DNA of 64,000 bases from an uncultured Chloroflexia bacterium (GTDB lineage: Bacteria; Chloroflexota; Limnocylindria; Limnocylindrales; CSP1-4): positions 1,306,984 through 1,370,983 of the forward strand of contig CAVRJP010000001.1 in assembly GCA_963721765.1 (NCBI GenBank), read 5' to 3'. The notes under the pieces were generated by a model. The model worked only from the letters and a program-made list of their open reading frames with translations, was not told the DNA's origin and searched no databases. The position numbers and the translations under genes were made by a program. Position 1 is the first letter of the stretch. Each line of letters opens with the position of its first letter. Below, piece after piece: positions 33,976 through 43,651 of the stretch.

Positions 33976-35529
33976 ATGTCATTCGCCTCACTCGGGCTCG
34001 CGCCCGAGCTCGTTCGCGCCGTCACGGCCGAGGGCTACACCGAGCCCACACCCGTCCAGACGGCAGCGATCCCGCACGTCCTCGAGCGTCGTGACGTGCT
34101 CGCCGGCGCCCAGACCGGCACCGGCAAGACCGCGGCCTTCGTGCTGCCGATCCTCCAGCTCCTCAACGACAGCCGGCCCACGCCACGCCATCCGATCCGC
34201 GAATCCCGGCCCAGTGGCCGGCGCTCGTTCGGCTCGCGGCCCCAGATCGCCAGCGGCCTGCCGATTCGCTGCCTCGTCCTGACGCCAACCCGCGAGCTCG
34301 CGCTCCAGGTCGAGGAGTTCGTGCGGACGTACGGGCGCGAGCGCCCCGTCCGATCGACCACGATCTACGGTGGCGTGGGCTACGAAGCCCAGTTCAAGGC
34401 CATCCACGCTGGCCCCGAGATCGTCGTGGCGACGCCCGGCCGGCTGCTCGACATCGTCGATCAGGGCAAGATCGACCTCCGCTCGGTCGAGATCCTCGTC
34501 CTCGACGAGGCCGACCGGATGCTCGACATGGGCTTCATCCGCGACATCCGCAAGATCATCGCCCTGCTCCCGGCGCGGCGACAGAACCTGATGTTCTCGG
34601 CGACGTTCGCCGATGACGTGCGCCAGCTCGCGGACACGATCCTGCGCGACCCGGCACAGGTCCAGATCGCGCGGCGCAATGCCCCGATCGACCTCGTCCG
34701 CCAGGTCGTCTACCCGGTCGATCGCCGACGCAAGCGCGAGCTGCTGAGCCACCTCATCCGCAGCGGGCGGATCGATCGGGCGCTGGTGTTCACCCGAACC
34801 AAGCACGGTGCCAACCGGCTCGCCGAACAGCTCGAACAGGACGGGATCCGCGCCGGCGCGATCCACGGCAACAAGTCCCAGGGCCAGCGCGTCAAGGCGC
34901 TGGACGACTTCAAGGAAGGTCGCGTCGACATCCTCGTCGCGACCGAGGTCGCCGCCCGGGGCCTGGACATCGACGGGCTGCCGCATGTCGTGAACTTCGA
35001 GCTCCCGACCGTGGCCCAGGACTACGTCCATCGCATCGGCCGGACCGGTCGGGCGGGGATGGAAGGCGACGCGGTCTCGCTGGTCTGCATCGACGAGATC
35101 GACCTCCTCCGGGACGTCGAGGCGGTCCTCCGAGAGCACATTCCCCAGGAGATGATCCGGGGCTTCGAGCCGGACGGAACGATCCGCCCCGAGCCCATCC
35201 CCGAGGTCCGCGGAGGCGGCCGACGCCCGAGCATGGGTCGCCCGGCCGGCGGGCACATGAGGCCAGGTGCGCATCCACGAGCTGCCGCGCACGCAGGAAC
35301 GAGCGCTCGACCGCCCCGCCGACGCGGGCCCGGTCGCGGACCCGACCCGCGCAGCCTCGATGCGCACCGCCCGGATACCCGGCGAACCGACGTCCGCCAC
35401 GGCGAAGGTCGCCGGAGCGACGTTCGACACGCCGAGCCGCGGCCGTCCCATCGCCCCGTCGGTGACCGGCCGCAGACCTTCGTGGCGCTGCCGGGCGAGC
35501 GTTTCGCGAGGTCCAGTCCCGGCCAGTAG
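33976..35529 (+). CDS. DEAD-box ATP-dependent RNA helicase (RhlE-like) with Arg-rich C-terminal tail
   Basis: ORF 33844..35529, start moved to ATG 33976 behind 'aggagc'. Q motif 'GYTEPTPVQ', 'AQTGTGKT', 'PTRELA', '[12 protein letters not shown]', 'SAT', '[12 protein letters not shown]', '[12 protein letters not shown]'. Confidence 0.95.
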   Translation: MSFASLGLAPELVRAVTAEGYTEPTPVQTAAIPHVLERRDVLAGAQTGTGKTAAFVLPILQLLNDSRPTPRHPIRESRPSGRRSFGSRPQIASGLPIRCLVLTPTRELALQVEEFVRTYGRERPVRSTTIYGGVGYEAQFKAIHAGPEIVVATPGRLLDIVDQGKIDLRSVEILVLDEADRMLDMGFIRDIRKIIALLPARRQNLMFSATFADDVRQLADTILRDPAQVQIARRNAPIDLVRQVVYPVDRRRKRELLSHLIRSGRIDRALVFTRTKHGANRLAEQLEQDGIRAGAIHGNKSQGQRVKALDDFKEGRVDILVATEVAARGLDIDGLPHVVNFELPTVAQDYVHRIGRTGRAGMEGDAVSLVCIDEIDLLRDVEAVLREHIPQEMIRGFEPDGTIRPEPIPEVRGGGRRPSMGRPAGGHMRPGAHPRAAAHAGTSARPPRRRGPGRGPDPRSLDAHRPDTRRTDVRHGEGRRSDVRHAEPRPSHRPVGDRPQTFVALPGERFARSSPGQ

Positions 35530-35897
35530 CGACTCCGGCAGCCGGGGCGCCTGCTGCCGAGTGCTACCAGGAGTTCGTGACGAGCTCCAGGTTCGCAGCG
35601 CGACCTTCCCGGCTCTGCGCGCCCCGACTGAGCGACGGGCTCACACTGGCTGCGCTTGGTCCGGACGATTCCCGTCGCCTGCCGATGGGGCGCGACTTCA
35701 GACGACTCCGGCGGAACGTGGACTCGATTCCCCGCCAGGTGCCGACGGTGTGCGACTTCGGCAAGGGCTTACCCTCGGAACGCTCGACGAGACCGTCACG
35801 CATCGCTGAGGGTCGGCATCTGCCGGTCGGGCGCGCCCGCGGAGCCAGGTGAAGGTCGGATCGGGCGCCGGTTCGAAGCTTCCCATTGCCGAAGTCG

Positions 35898-35926
35898 CAG
35901 GGCATCGGCGGATGGCCGATGCCCTG
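35898..35926 (-). terminator. Stem-loop immediately 3' of the flp gene (terminator-like, no U-tract)
   Basis: 'cagggcatcggc' (35898-35909), loop 'ggatg', 'gccgatgccctg' (35915-35926). This is a perfect 12-bp stem, 5 nt after the flp stop codon. Confidence 0.45.
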
Positions 35927-35931
35927 GCGCG

Positions 35932-36099
35932 TCACACCGACACGCCGACTCTCGAGAGGATCGTGCTGACCTGGCCGCCGAGGAAGATCAGCGCGACGAT
36001 GGCGACGATGGCGATGAGTGCGAGGATGAGGGCGTACTCCGCGAGGCCCTGGCCGGCCTCGGTCGTCGTGTTCCGGATCCGCGCCATGAGCTGGTGCAT
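35932..36099 (-). CDS. flp: Flp/Fap-family type IVb (Tad) pilin
   Basis: 3' part of ORF 35932..36228. ATG 36099 lies behind 'gggagaatc'. 55 aa: 'MHQLMARIRNTTTEAGQGLAEYALILALIAIVAIVALIFLGGQVSTILSRVGVSV'. The G/xxEY cleavage motif plus a hydrophobic helix is the Flp signature. Confidence 0.75.
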   Translation of the reverse strand: MHQLMARIRNTTTEAGQGLAEYALILALIAIVAIVALIFLGGQVSTILSRVGVSV

Positions 36100-36146
36100 C
36101 GATTCTCCCTGTCCTGTGGGCGGCGAGTGCCGCCGGGGGGAGAGCG

Positions 36147-37526
36147 TCAGCGAGCGGCGGGGTCGGATCGAGCGGTGACATCCTCCTGGTCGGCTGCGGG
36201 AGAACCCGCATCGTGGGTCGCGGACCACGCGAGCTCGATCCGCGTGCCGTCGCCAAGCCGTTCGACCGACAGCCTCGCGCCGACGGCGGCAGCGTCGGTG
36301 CGCATGTCGACGAGGCCGCGGCCACCGCGAGCGTCCACGGCATCGGTTCCGCGGCCGTCATCGGTGATCGACATTCGAAGCGTTCCTCGGGAAATCGATA
36401 CCCGGATCGTCGCCAGCTTCGCGCCCGCGTGCCTGACCACATTGTCCAGGGCGAGCAGCGCGACCCGGAATGCGACCCGCGCGACGTCCGCCGGCAGGGC
36501 GGCGCGATCGTCGACCCGGTCGCCGTCGAGCTCCAGCTCCACCCGCAGCGGATCACGCTCCTGGGTCCGCTCCGCCAGCCATTCGAGCGCGGCGACCAGG
36601 CCGAACTCCTCGAGCACGATCGACTGGCGCTCGTGCATCAGCTGCTCCACGCCCTCGAGGCTACGCCGGACGCCGGCGGCCACGGCATCGGGCGTGTCGG
36701 GCGACGAGGCAGCGGCCGCCGCCCTTCGGAGCTCGGGCAGGACGAGGGCGTGGAGGTCCGCGGCGAGCCGAGCCCGTTCCGATTCCGCGGCCCGCCGGCG
36801 TTCCCCGGACCGCCCGACCAGGAGCTCGTCACCGAGGAGGCTGAGGAACCCGGGGCGCGTCGTCGACGCCGCGCCGCCGATATCGCGCCGCCGATCGAGC
36901 GCCCGGCCGACGGGCCCGGCGAAGTCGCGGGCCATGCCGACCAGGATGCCCCCGGCGATCAGGCCAAGCGACACGCGGGCGGCGAGTCGGATCGGTGCGA
37001 GGCCCGGATCCAGCGGCTCGGCGACCGCCGCGCTCGGTGGTCCCGCCGCGATGGCGACGGCCGCCGTCACGGCACTCGCCGCAACCGCCAACACGCTGCC
37101 GATGGCGACGACCCGCTCGATCCACGCCCACCCGCGCGGCTCCCGGCGCCGCGCCGCGTAGGCGCCCGTGAGGCACACGGCGCTCACGAGCGTGGCGGCG
37201 CTCAGGGCCGTCAGCGTGGCCGCGGTATCGGGCGCGACCAGGGGCTGCGACGCGCGCGTGACCGCGACGATCTCGACCGCCGCGATCCCGGCCGCGCTCG
37301 CAGCCCCGAGCCATGCCACCGATGGGGCGCGCCGGAATGTGAGACCCGCGCCGCAGAGCGCCGCGCCGGCGAACAGGACCGGGATCAGCCGCTCCGGCAG
37401 CGGCGGGTTGTCGGGTAGCGGGATCAGGACGCGGACGACCAGTGCGGCGAGGCTGAGCGCCGTCGACGCCGCGAGCCCCGCGACGATCGGCCGCAGGATG
37501 CTCGGACCTCCGACAGGCGGGGTCAG
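36147..37526 (-). CDS. Membrane sensor histidine kinase (HisKA_3 / NarX-like); start unresolved
   Basis: 3' part of ORF 36147..38240. Several TM helices, then 'ERARLAADLHALVLPEL' (H-box type 3), 'ALDNVVRHAGA' and 'DDGRG...GRGLVDM'. The first canonical in-frame start downstream of the RR stop is GTG 37319. The hydrophobic frame continues up to 37526 without ATG, GTG or TTG. Confidence 0.7.
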   Translation of the reverse strand: MTPPVGGPSILRPIVAGLAASTALSLAALVVRVLIPLPDNPPLPERLIPVLFAGAALCGAGLTFRRAPSVAWLGAASAAGIAAVEIVAVTRASQPLVAPDTAATLTALSAATLVSAVCLTGAYAARRREPRGWAWIERVVAIGSVLAVAASAVTAAVAIAAGPPSAAVAEPLDPGLAPIRLAARVSLGLIAGGILVGMARDFAGPVGRALDRRRDIGGAASTTRPGFLSLLGDELLVGRSGERRRAAESERARLAADLHALVLPELRRAAAAASSPDTPDAVAAGVRRSLEGVEQLMHERQSIVLEEFGLVAALEWLAERTQERDPLRVELELDGDRVDDRAALPADVARVAFRVALLALDNVVRHAGAKLATIRVSISRGTLRMSITDDGRGTDAVDARGGRGLVDMRTDAAAVGARLSVERLGDGTRIELAWSATHDAGSPAADQEDVTARSDPAAR

Positions 37527-38203
37527 CGGTCGGAGCCAGCGTCGAGCCAGCCCTCGCTGATCGACATGACGGCCAGCTCCGTTCGCGAGACGACGCCGTA
37601 GCGGTCGAAGAGCCGCCGCAGATGGCTCTCCACGGTCCGCGTGGAGATGCCGAGCCGAGCGCCGATCTCGTCGCTGGTCGAGCCGCTTTGGAGCTCGCGG
37701 AGCACGGCGATCTCCCGATCCGACGGGGGACGAGGAGCGAACCGCGCCGCGTCCAGGCTCGCTCCGGAGAACGCGCTGCCGCCCGCCGCAACGCTGCGGA
37801 CGGCCTCGAGGATCTCCTCGACGGCGGCGCCCTTGTGGACGAAGCCCGACGCGCCGCGCTCGAACGCCGCACGCATCAGCGACGACCGATCGAACGACGT
37901 CAGGACGATCGCCTGCCGGCCGGCGCGACGGGCGGCATCGAGCACCCGCAGCCCGTCGACGCCGGCCTCGACCTGGACGTCGCACAGGACGACATCGGGA
38001 GCGTCGCCGGCGGTTCGGGTCACGAGATCGATCCCGTCGGCGACTGTCCGTGCGACGCCGACGAGGCGAAGCGGCCGTCTCGCCTCCGTGCCGGAATCCG
38101 CGTCGGACTTGGCCTCGGCCGCGATCGCCGCCTCGAGCGCGAACGCGATCGCCGGGTGATCGTCGACAACCGCGACGTTGATCGGGTCCATCCCCGTCAT
38201 CAT
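37523..38203 (-). CDS. NarL/LuxR-family response regulator
   Basis: ORF 37523..38203. Receiver 'INVAVVDDHPAIAF...VVLCDVQVEAGVDGL...IVLTSF'. HTH 'SDREIAVLRELQSGSTSDEIGARLGISTRTVESHLRRLF'. Confidence 0.85.
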   Translation of the reverse strand: MMTGMDPINVAVVDDHPAIAFALEAAIAAEAKSDADSGTEARRPLRLVGVARTVADGIDLVTRTAGDAPDVVLCDVQVEAGVDGLRVLDAARRAGRQAIVLTSFDRSSLMRAAFERGASGFVHKGAAVEEILEAVRSVAAGGSAFSGASLDAARFAPRPPSDREIAVLRELQSGSTSDEIGARLGISTRTVESHLRRLFDRYGVVSRTELAVMSISEGWLDAGSDR

Positions 38204-38293
38204 CGCAGCAGTTCCCGCCCGCGCCGATGCGCAATTTCACGCACTGCGGCTACCCGGCTTGCCCCCGACAGCGCCACGCGCTGCAATGGGCAG

Positions 38294-39280
38294 GTGAAGG
38301 CTGCCTGGCACGATCGATACGGACCGCCCGAGGTCGTGGAGCTGCGCGAGATCCCACGGCCCGAGCCAACCGGCGACCAGGTGCTGGTGAGGGTTCATGC
38401 CGCGTCGGTGAACCGCGGCGATCTCGATGGGTTGACCCCGAAGCCCGCGTTCGTCCGGCTGCTGATCGGCCTGCGGGCGCCGCGGAATCGACGGGTTGGT
38501 CTCGACGTCGCGGGCGTCGTCGAGGCCGTCGGACCGATGACCACACGGTTCAAGCCGGGCGATCGGGTCTTCGCTGATCTCTACCTATATGGGCTGGGTG
38601 CCTTCGCGGATTACGCCTGCGCGCCGGAGAAGGCGTTCGAGCGCATCGCCCCGGACATGTCGTTCGAGGACGCGGCCACGCTGCCGCACTCGGCGATCCT
38701 CGGGCTCCAGGGACTTCGACGCCGCGGTGGGCGGACCGTCCAGCCCGGTGAGCGGGTGCTGGTCGTCGGCGCGTCGGGCAACGTCGGGCCGTTCGCGGTC
38801 CAGATCGCGAAGTCGATGGGCGCGGAGGTCACGGGCGTCTGCCACCGCGACAAGGTCGACCTCGTCCGCTCGCTCGGCGCCGACCACGTCATCGACTACA
38901 CGGCGGGGGACTACACGAGGTCGGCGGAGCGCTACGACTGGATCGTCGACACCGATTCGCACGTCCCGCTGTTTCGGGCCCGCCGCATGCTCCGCCCGAA
39001 CGGGGCGTACGTGACTCTTGGCGGCGGCTCGTTCTCGATCTTCGGCGCGATGATCATCGGCTCGCTGCTCTCGATCTTCGGCGGCAAGTGGTCGGGCCTG
39101 ATGCTGTGGTGGAAGCCGTTCCACCCGCCGGACGTCGACGAGATCAAGCGCCTGCTCGCCACGGGCAAGGTCAAGCCGGTGATCGATCGAAGGTATCGGC
39201 TGGACGAGGTGGTGGACGCCCTGCGGCACGTCGACACGGGTCGCGCCCGAGGCAAGGTCGTCATCACCGTGCGCGACTGA
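38294..39280 (+). CDS. Zinc-type/MDR NAD(P)-dependent oxidoreductase (quinone-oxidoreductase-like)
   Basis: In frame of ORF 37622..39280, GTG 38294. 'QVLVRVHAASVNRGDLDG', 'GLDVAGVVEAVG', Rossmann 'VLVVGASGNVGPFAVQIAKSMGAEVTGV'. Confidence 0.85.
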   Translation: MKAAWHDRYGPPEVVELREIPRPEPTGDQVLVRVHAASVNRGDLDGLTPKPAFVRLLIGLRAPRNRRVGLDVAGVVEAVGPMTTRFKPGDRVFADLYLYGLGAFADYACAPEKAFERIAPDMSFEDAATLPHSAILGLQGLRRRGGRTVQPGERVLVVGASGNVGPFAVQIAKSMGAEVTGVCHRDKVDLVRSLGADHVIDYTAGDYTRSAERYDWIVDTDSHVPLFRARRMLRPNGAYVTLGGGSFSIFGAMIIGSLLSIFGGKWSGLMLWWKPFHPPDVDEIKRLLATGKVKPVIDRRYRLDEVVDALRHVDTGRARGKVVITVRD

Positions 39281-39283
39281 GGA

Positions 39284-41992
39284 TCAGGGCCCACGAGTCG
39301 CCCTCCGACCCCCGGGCGGGCGAAGTGCCTCCCCAACGAGCGCGAGGGCGGCTGGGACGTCGATCGCTCGAGCCTCGGAACGCGCGTCGAGGATCGCGCG
39401 TTCGTCCAGTCGCCGGGCCAGGGCTTCGTGGAGCTCGTCGACCTCGCGGCGGTCGATGGCTCGCAGGGGCTGGCGCTCACGTTCCCGAAGGGCTTCGCTC
39501 GCGGCGAGCAGCCGAGCTGCCCGGACGGAGTCGAGATCCCCACCCGACCGGAGGGCCACCGACGCGAGGCTCACCAGGACGTCTGCCACGAGCTCCGGAT
39601 CCTCGAGCTCCGCAAGGCCCGGCAGGCAGCCACGAAGCGCCGCCAGACCCTCGTCGACGCGGTCGGCCTGGACGAGCGACGTACCGAGGTTGACTCTCGC
39701 GACCGCTACCGACCCTCCGCCGAGAGCCTCGTCGATCTCGAGCGCCTGGCGCATGTACTCGACCGCCTCGTCGTAGCGTCCCCGGTCGCTGGCGACGACG
39801 CCGAGATTGCTGAGCGAGACTGCGATGCCCTGCCGATCACGGAGCGCGCGCTTCCGCTCGATGCTCTCGTTGAAGAGGTCGTCCGCTCGGTCGAGGTCAC
39901 TCATCGACAGGGCAACCACGCCGAGGCTGTTCAGCACCCGTGCGATCCCGGCCTCGTCCCCAAGCCGACGGTAGATCGAGAGTGCGGCGTCAAGCCGGGT
40001 CGAGGCCTCGTCCGGCCGGCGGGCATCGTCGAGCAGCACGCCCGCCCAGAACATGGCTTGGGCAAGATCCGAGTCGGCCGATGACGTCACGGTCTCCGGC
40101 GGCGGGGCAGCTGTCAGCGCCTTCTCGAGCCAGGCCACCCCTTCCTGGACCCGCCCGCGGAGCGACCAGTAGCGGCCCATCCGCCAGGCCAGCTGCAGGC
40201 CCAGCCAAGCCCACGAGGTCGCGCCGTCGGGCGGTCGGTCCTCCGCGTCGACCGGCGCCAGGGCCCACTGGAGCGCTGCGCGAATGTTCGGCTCGTCGAC
40301 CTCGACAGCTCGGATGGCGTCGCCGCTTGCGCCGGTGTTGAGCGCCTGGCTCTGCCGCTGGGCGAACTCGATCCAGTAGCCCGTCTGCCGCCGGCGGGTG
40401 GCGTCATCCAGCCCGTCGGCGACGAGCGACGCCCTCGCGAACTCGCGGATCGGGGCCAGCAGGCGGAACCGCGTCGCACCGGCGCCGCCGGATTCGGAAC
40501 TGACGAGGCTCCGATCGACGAGCACCTCGAGCAACGACGCCACGTCCGCGTCCTCGTCGACCGGCACGACCACCGAGGCCTCGACCGCTTCGAGATCGAA
40601 CGAGCCGGCGAACGTCGCAAGCTGCCGGAACACCGATTGCTCGCCGGGCGGGAGCAGGTCGCAGCTCCAGGCGATCGTGGAGCGGAGCGTGCGCTGCCGG
40701 CCGGGTGCGTCGCGCGCGCCTTCCCCGAGCGCCGGAAGCTGACGATTCAGCCGATCGAGCAACGCCGCTGGGCCGAACACCTTCGTCCGAGCCGCCGCGA
40801 GCTCGATGGCGAGCGGGATTCTGTCGAGGCGGTCGACGAGCGCTCGGACGGCGACGCGATTCGACTCGTCGAGCATGAAGCCGGGCTGGACTGCCCGGGC
40901 TCGAACGGTGAAGAGCTCGACGGCCGGCTCGAGGGGCAAGGGTGCCAGCGTCAGCTCGCGTTCCGACGTGACGTGGAGCGGCGAGCGGCTGGTCACCAGG
41001 ATCCGGACGTGCGGGCAGACCGCGGCGAGGCTGGAGACGAGCTCGGGCAGCTCGGCGACGCGGTCCGCCGTCTCGAGGACGAGCAGGAGGTCGCGGTCGC
41101 GAAGTGCCTGCATGAGGACCGCGCGCGGCACGTCGCCCGGGCCGGATCGCAGGCCGAGCAGCTCGACGAGCGAGCTCGCCGCCGCGGCGGCGTCCGGCGT
41201 GGCCTCGAGATCGAGGTGGAACACGCCGTCGGGAAACGACTCCACGATCGAGCGCGCGACGTGGATCGCGAGGCGGCTCTTGCCGATGCCGCCCGGGCCG
41301 GTCACCGTGACGATCGAGGAATCGCGGATCAGGTTCGCGAGCTCTTCGCTCTCCCGCTCCCGGTCCACCAGCGCCGAAGTCGGTGTGGGCAGGTTGGTGG
41401 GGTGCGCCTCGAGGGTTCGCAGCGGTGGAAATGGGTCCGCTGGCAAGCCTGGCCCCTCGACGAGCCAGAGCCGCTGCGGCCCGACGTCCTTGAGACGATG
41501 ACGTCCGAGGTCCCGCAGGGTGAATTCGGACGGCGACTGGCCGTCGAGGGCCGCGCGAACGGCGTCCGACACCAGGATCTGGCCGCCATGGCCGGCGTCG
41601 CCGACGCGTGCCGCCACGTGCACGTCGAGGCCGACATAGTCCCGACCGACCCGCACGGCCTGGCCGGTGTGCAGCCCGATTCGGACGCGGATCTCGGCCT
41701 CGCCGGCGAGGGCTGGCGCGTCGGGCGGCGCCTGGATCGCCGCCGCCGCTGCGATCGCGTCGGCTGCCGATGGGAAGACGGCGAAGAACGAATCGCCGCC
41801 GGTCGAGACCTCGAAGCCTCGCCGTGCCTCGAACGCCGCCCTGACGTGGCTCCGGTGCGCGTCGAGCAGCGGCGCGAAGGCATCGCCGAGCGACGCCGCG
41901 AGCCGGGTGCTGCCCTCGATGTCGCTGAAGAAGAACGTCAGCGTGCCTGTCGGAAGATCGAGCACCCGGCCATCATCTACAGGGCGGGGCAT
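39284..41992 (-). CDS. Class III adenylate/guanylate cyclase domain fused to an NB-ARC/AAA-type ATPase and TPR repeats (902 aa)
   Basis: 3' 2709 nt of ORF 39284..43645, ATG 41992. 'GTLTFFFSDIEGSTRL...GDSFFAVF...IRVRIGLHTGQA...YVGLDVHVAARV' (cyclase). 'VTVTGPGGIGKSRLA' (P-loop). 'LLLVLETAD' (Walker B-like). The C-terminal part has repeated 'A..L..LG' TPR-like helices. Confidence 0.85.
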   Translation of the reverse strand: MPRPVDDGRVLDLPTGTLTFFFSDIEGSTRLAASLGDAFAPLLDAHRSHVRAAFEARRGFEVSTGGDSFFAVFPSAADAIAAAAAIQAPPDAPALAGEAEIRVRIGLHTGQAVRVGRDYVGLDVHVAARVGDAGHGGQILVSDAVRAALDGQSPSEFTLRDLGRHRLKDVGPQRLWLVEGPGLPADPFPPLRTLEAHPTNLPTPTSALVDRERESEELANLIRDSSIVTVTGPGGIGKSRLAIHVARSIVESFPDGVFHLDLEATPDAAAAASSLVELLGLRSGPGDVPRAVLMQALRDRDLLLVLETADRVAELPELVSSLAAVCPHVRILVTSRSPLHVTSERELTLAPLPLEPAVELFTVRARAVQPGFMLDESNRVAVRALVDRLDRIPLAIELAAARTKVFGPAALLDRLNRQLPALGEGARDAPGRQRTLRSTIAWSCDLLPPGEQSVFRQLATFAGSFDLEAVEASVVVPVDEDADVASLLEVLVDRSLVSSESGGAGATRFRLLAPIREFARASLVADGLDDATRRRQTGYWIEFAQRQSQALNTGASGDAIRAVEVDEPNIRAALQWALAPVDAEDRPPDGATSWAWLGLQLAWRMGRYWSLRGRVQEGVAWLEKALTAAPPPETVTSSADSDLAQAMFWAGVLLDDARRPDEASTRLDAALSIYRRLGDEAGIARVLNSLGVVALSMSDLDRADDLFNESIERKRALRDRQGIAVSLSNLGVVASDRGRYDEAVEYMRQALEIDEALGGGSVAVARVNLGTSLVQADRVDEGLAALRGCLPGLAELEDPELVADVLVSLASVALRSGGDLDSVRAARLLAASEALRERERQPLRAIDRREVDELHEALARRLDERAILDARSEARAIDVPAALALVGEALRPPGGRRATRGP

Positions 41993-42114
41993 CTCCGCAT
42001 GAGGGTAGCGCCCACCGCGGCGGCTCCGGGTTGGGCTTGGGTTGCGCGACGGGTTCCACCGCCTCCGGCATCGGCGTAGGCTTCGCGATCCAGACAGTCG
42101 AGGAGGGCACAGAG

Positions 42115-42348
42115 ATGACGATGCGAGAGGCCCTTGTCGAGGCGATGAACCTGCCGGAGGACGCCGTGGACCGGATGCATGCCGGCGGCTTCGCGATCGC
42201 GAACGAGGACACGTTGAGCCGGGCGATCCATGACGTGTACTGCGGGATCGTGGCCGACCACGAGCACCCGAGCGAGAAGGACCGCGAGCAGGCGCGGGCG
42301 ATGCTCGAGGCAATCCGGAAGCACGGGATGGGGCCGGCCCCGGCCTGA
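42115..42348 (+). CDS. Hypothetical 77-aa protein
   Basis: In frame of ORF 42031..42348. ATG 42115 lies behind 'gaggaggg'. Balanced composition: 'MTMREALVEAMNLPEDAVDRMHAGGFAIANEDTLSRAIHDVYCGIVADHEHPSEKDREQARAMLEAIRKHG'. Confidence 0.5.
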   Translation: MTMREALVEAMNLPEDAVDRMHAGGFAIANEDTLSRAIHDVYCGIVADHEHPSEKDREQARAMLEAIRKHGMGPAPA

Positions 42349-42394
42349 TCGCGTCGCGCGCCGGCGCACGGCCGGCGCGGCTATCGTCGCGAAC

Positions 42395-43651
42395 GTGCAT
42401 CTCTCGATCTCGGCCGTCGTCGAGCCGATCGCGCCGGCGAGACTCGGGCGGAGCTTCCGCTGGCTGTTCGCGTCGACCGTGGTCGCCAACGTGGGCGACG
42501 GCATCGCACTGGCCGCGGGCCCGCTCCTCATCGCGTCCCAGACGACCGACCCGCTCCTCGTGTCGATGGCCCTCCTGGCCCAGGTCCTGCCGCCGCTCCT
42601 GTTCGGCGCCGTCGCCGGCGCGATCGCCGACCGATTCGATCGCCGACGGATCGTCATCGCGGTCGACCTCGCCCGGGTGGTCGTTCTCGCCGTCCTTGCC
42701 ACCACGATCGCCACGGGGACGGTCAACATCGGCGTCGTCCTCGGGGCCCTGTTCGTGCTCGGCACGGCGGAGACGTTCGTCGACGTCGGGGCGAGCAGCC
42801 TCCTGCCGCGGGTCGTCCGCTCGGAACACCTGGGAATCGCCAACGCGCGCATGCAGGGTGCCTTCGTCCTGACGAACCAGCTCCTGGCGCCGCCGATCGG
42901 GGCGTTCCTGTTCGTGGTTGGGATGGCGCTGCCGTTCGCCACGAACGCCGCATGCTTCGCGCTCGCCGCGGTCCTGATGCTCCGCGTCGCGGGGACGAGG
43001 GCGGACGGGGAAGTCGCGGGCGAGCGAAAGAGCCTGCGCGCCGACATGGTCGACGGCATCCGGTGGCTCCTCGCCCACCCGCCGATGCGAACCCTGGCGC
43101 TCACGGTCGTCGTATTCAACGTGACCTATGGGGCAGCCTGGTCGGTGCTGGTCCTGTACGCCCGCGATCACCTTGCCATGGACGAGATCGGATTCGGGCT
43201 GATCACGACCGCCCTCGCGATCGGCGGGCTCGTCGGCGCCGCGATCTACGGCAGGCTGGAACGGCGGTTCTCGCTCGGGAACATCATGCGCGTCGGCCTC
43301 CTGATCGAGACGGCGACGCACCTCGTCCTGGCGCTCACGCGGTCGCCCGAGGTCGCGCTCGTGATGATGGTCATCTTCGGCGCGCACGAGTTCATCTGGG
43401 GGACCACCTCGACCACGGTCCGCCAGCGGGCGGTCCCGGACGCCCTCCTGGGTCGCGTCACCGGCGTGTATACGGTCGGCCTGTTCGGTGGGATCGTCGT
43501 CGGCGCGCCGATCGGCGGCTTGCTCGCTCGGGAGCTCGGGCTCGCCGCGCCGTTCTGGTTCGGGTTCGTCGGCTCCGCGCTGCTGGTCGCGTTCATGTGG
43601 CGCAGGTTCGATCAGATCGCACACTCGGGCGCTGCGCCGGCACAAGCCTGA
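42395..43651 (+). CDS. MFS transporter (12-TM, EntS/MFS_3-like)
   Basis: In frame of ORF 42230..43651, GTG 42395. 'FRWLFASTVVANVGDGIALAAGPLL', 'GAIADRFDRRRIVI' (motif A-like). Hydrophobic throughout. Confidence 0.8.
   Translation: MHLSISAVVEPIAPARLGRSFRWLFASTVVANVGDGIALAAGPLLIASQTTDPLLVSMALLAQVLPPLLFGAVAGAIADRFDRRRIVIAVDLARVVVLAVLATTIATGTVNIGVVLGALFVLGTAETFVDVGASSLLPRVVRSEHLGIANARMQGAFVLTNQLLAPPIGAFLFVVGMALPFATNAACFALAAVLMLRVAGTRADGEVAGERKSLRADMVDGIRWLLAHPPMRTLALTVVVFNVTYGAAWSVLVLYARDHLAMDEIGFGLITTALAIGGLVGAAIYGRLERRFSLGNIMRVGLLIETATHLVLALTRSPEVALVMMVIFGAHEFIWGTTSTTVRQRAVPDALLGRVTGVYTVGLFGGIVVGAPIGGLLARELGLAAPFWFGFVGSALLVAFMWRRFDQIAHSGAAPAQA

Noticed and set aside
35708-35740. tRNA/tmRNA-like T-arm ('gtggactcgattccccgcc')
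   Set aside because: No complementary 5-bp T-stem, no acceptor stem, and no cloverleaf can be drawn from the flanks. It only resembles GGTTCGAATCC superficially.
36147-38240. Single 697-aa ORF covering both the histidine kinase and the response regulator region
   Set aside because: The upstream ~240 aa of this frame are off-frame over the RR gene (Arg/Pro/Gly junk). The RR is read in ORF 37523..38203, and only the part downstream of ~37526 looks like a kinase.
39284-43645. Single 1453-aa minus-strand ORF
   Set aside because: Only the last 902 aa (from ATG 41992) form the cyclase-ATPase-TPR protein. The first ~550 aa are antisense to the MFS gene and the 77-aa gene and are Arg/Asp/Pro/Glu junk.
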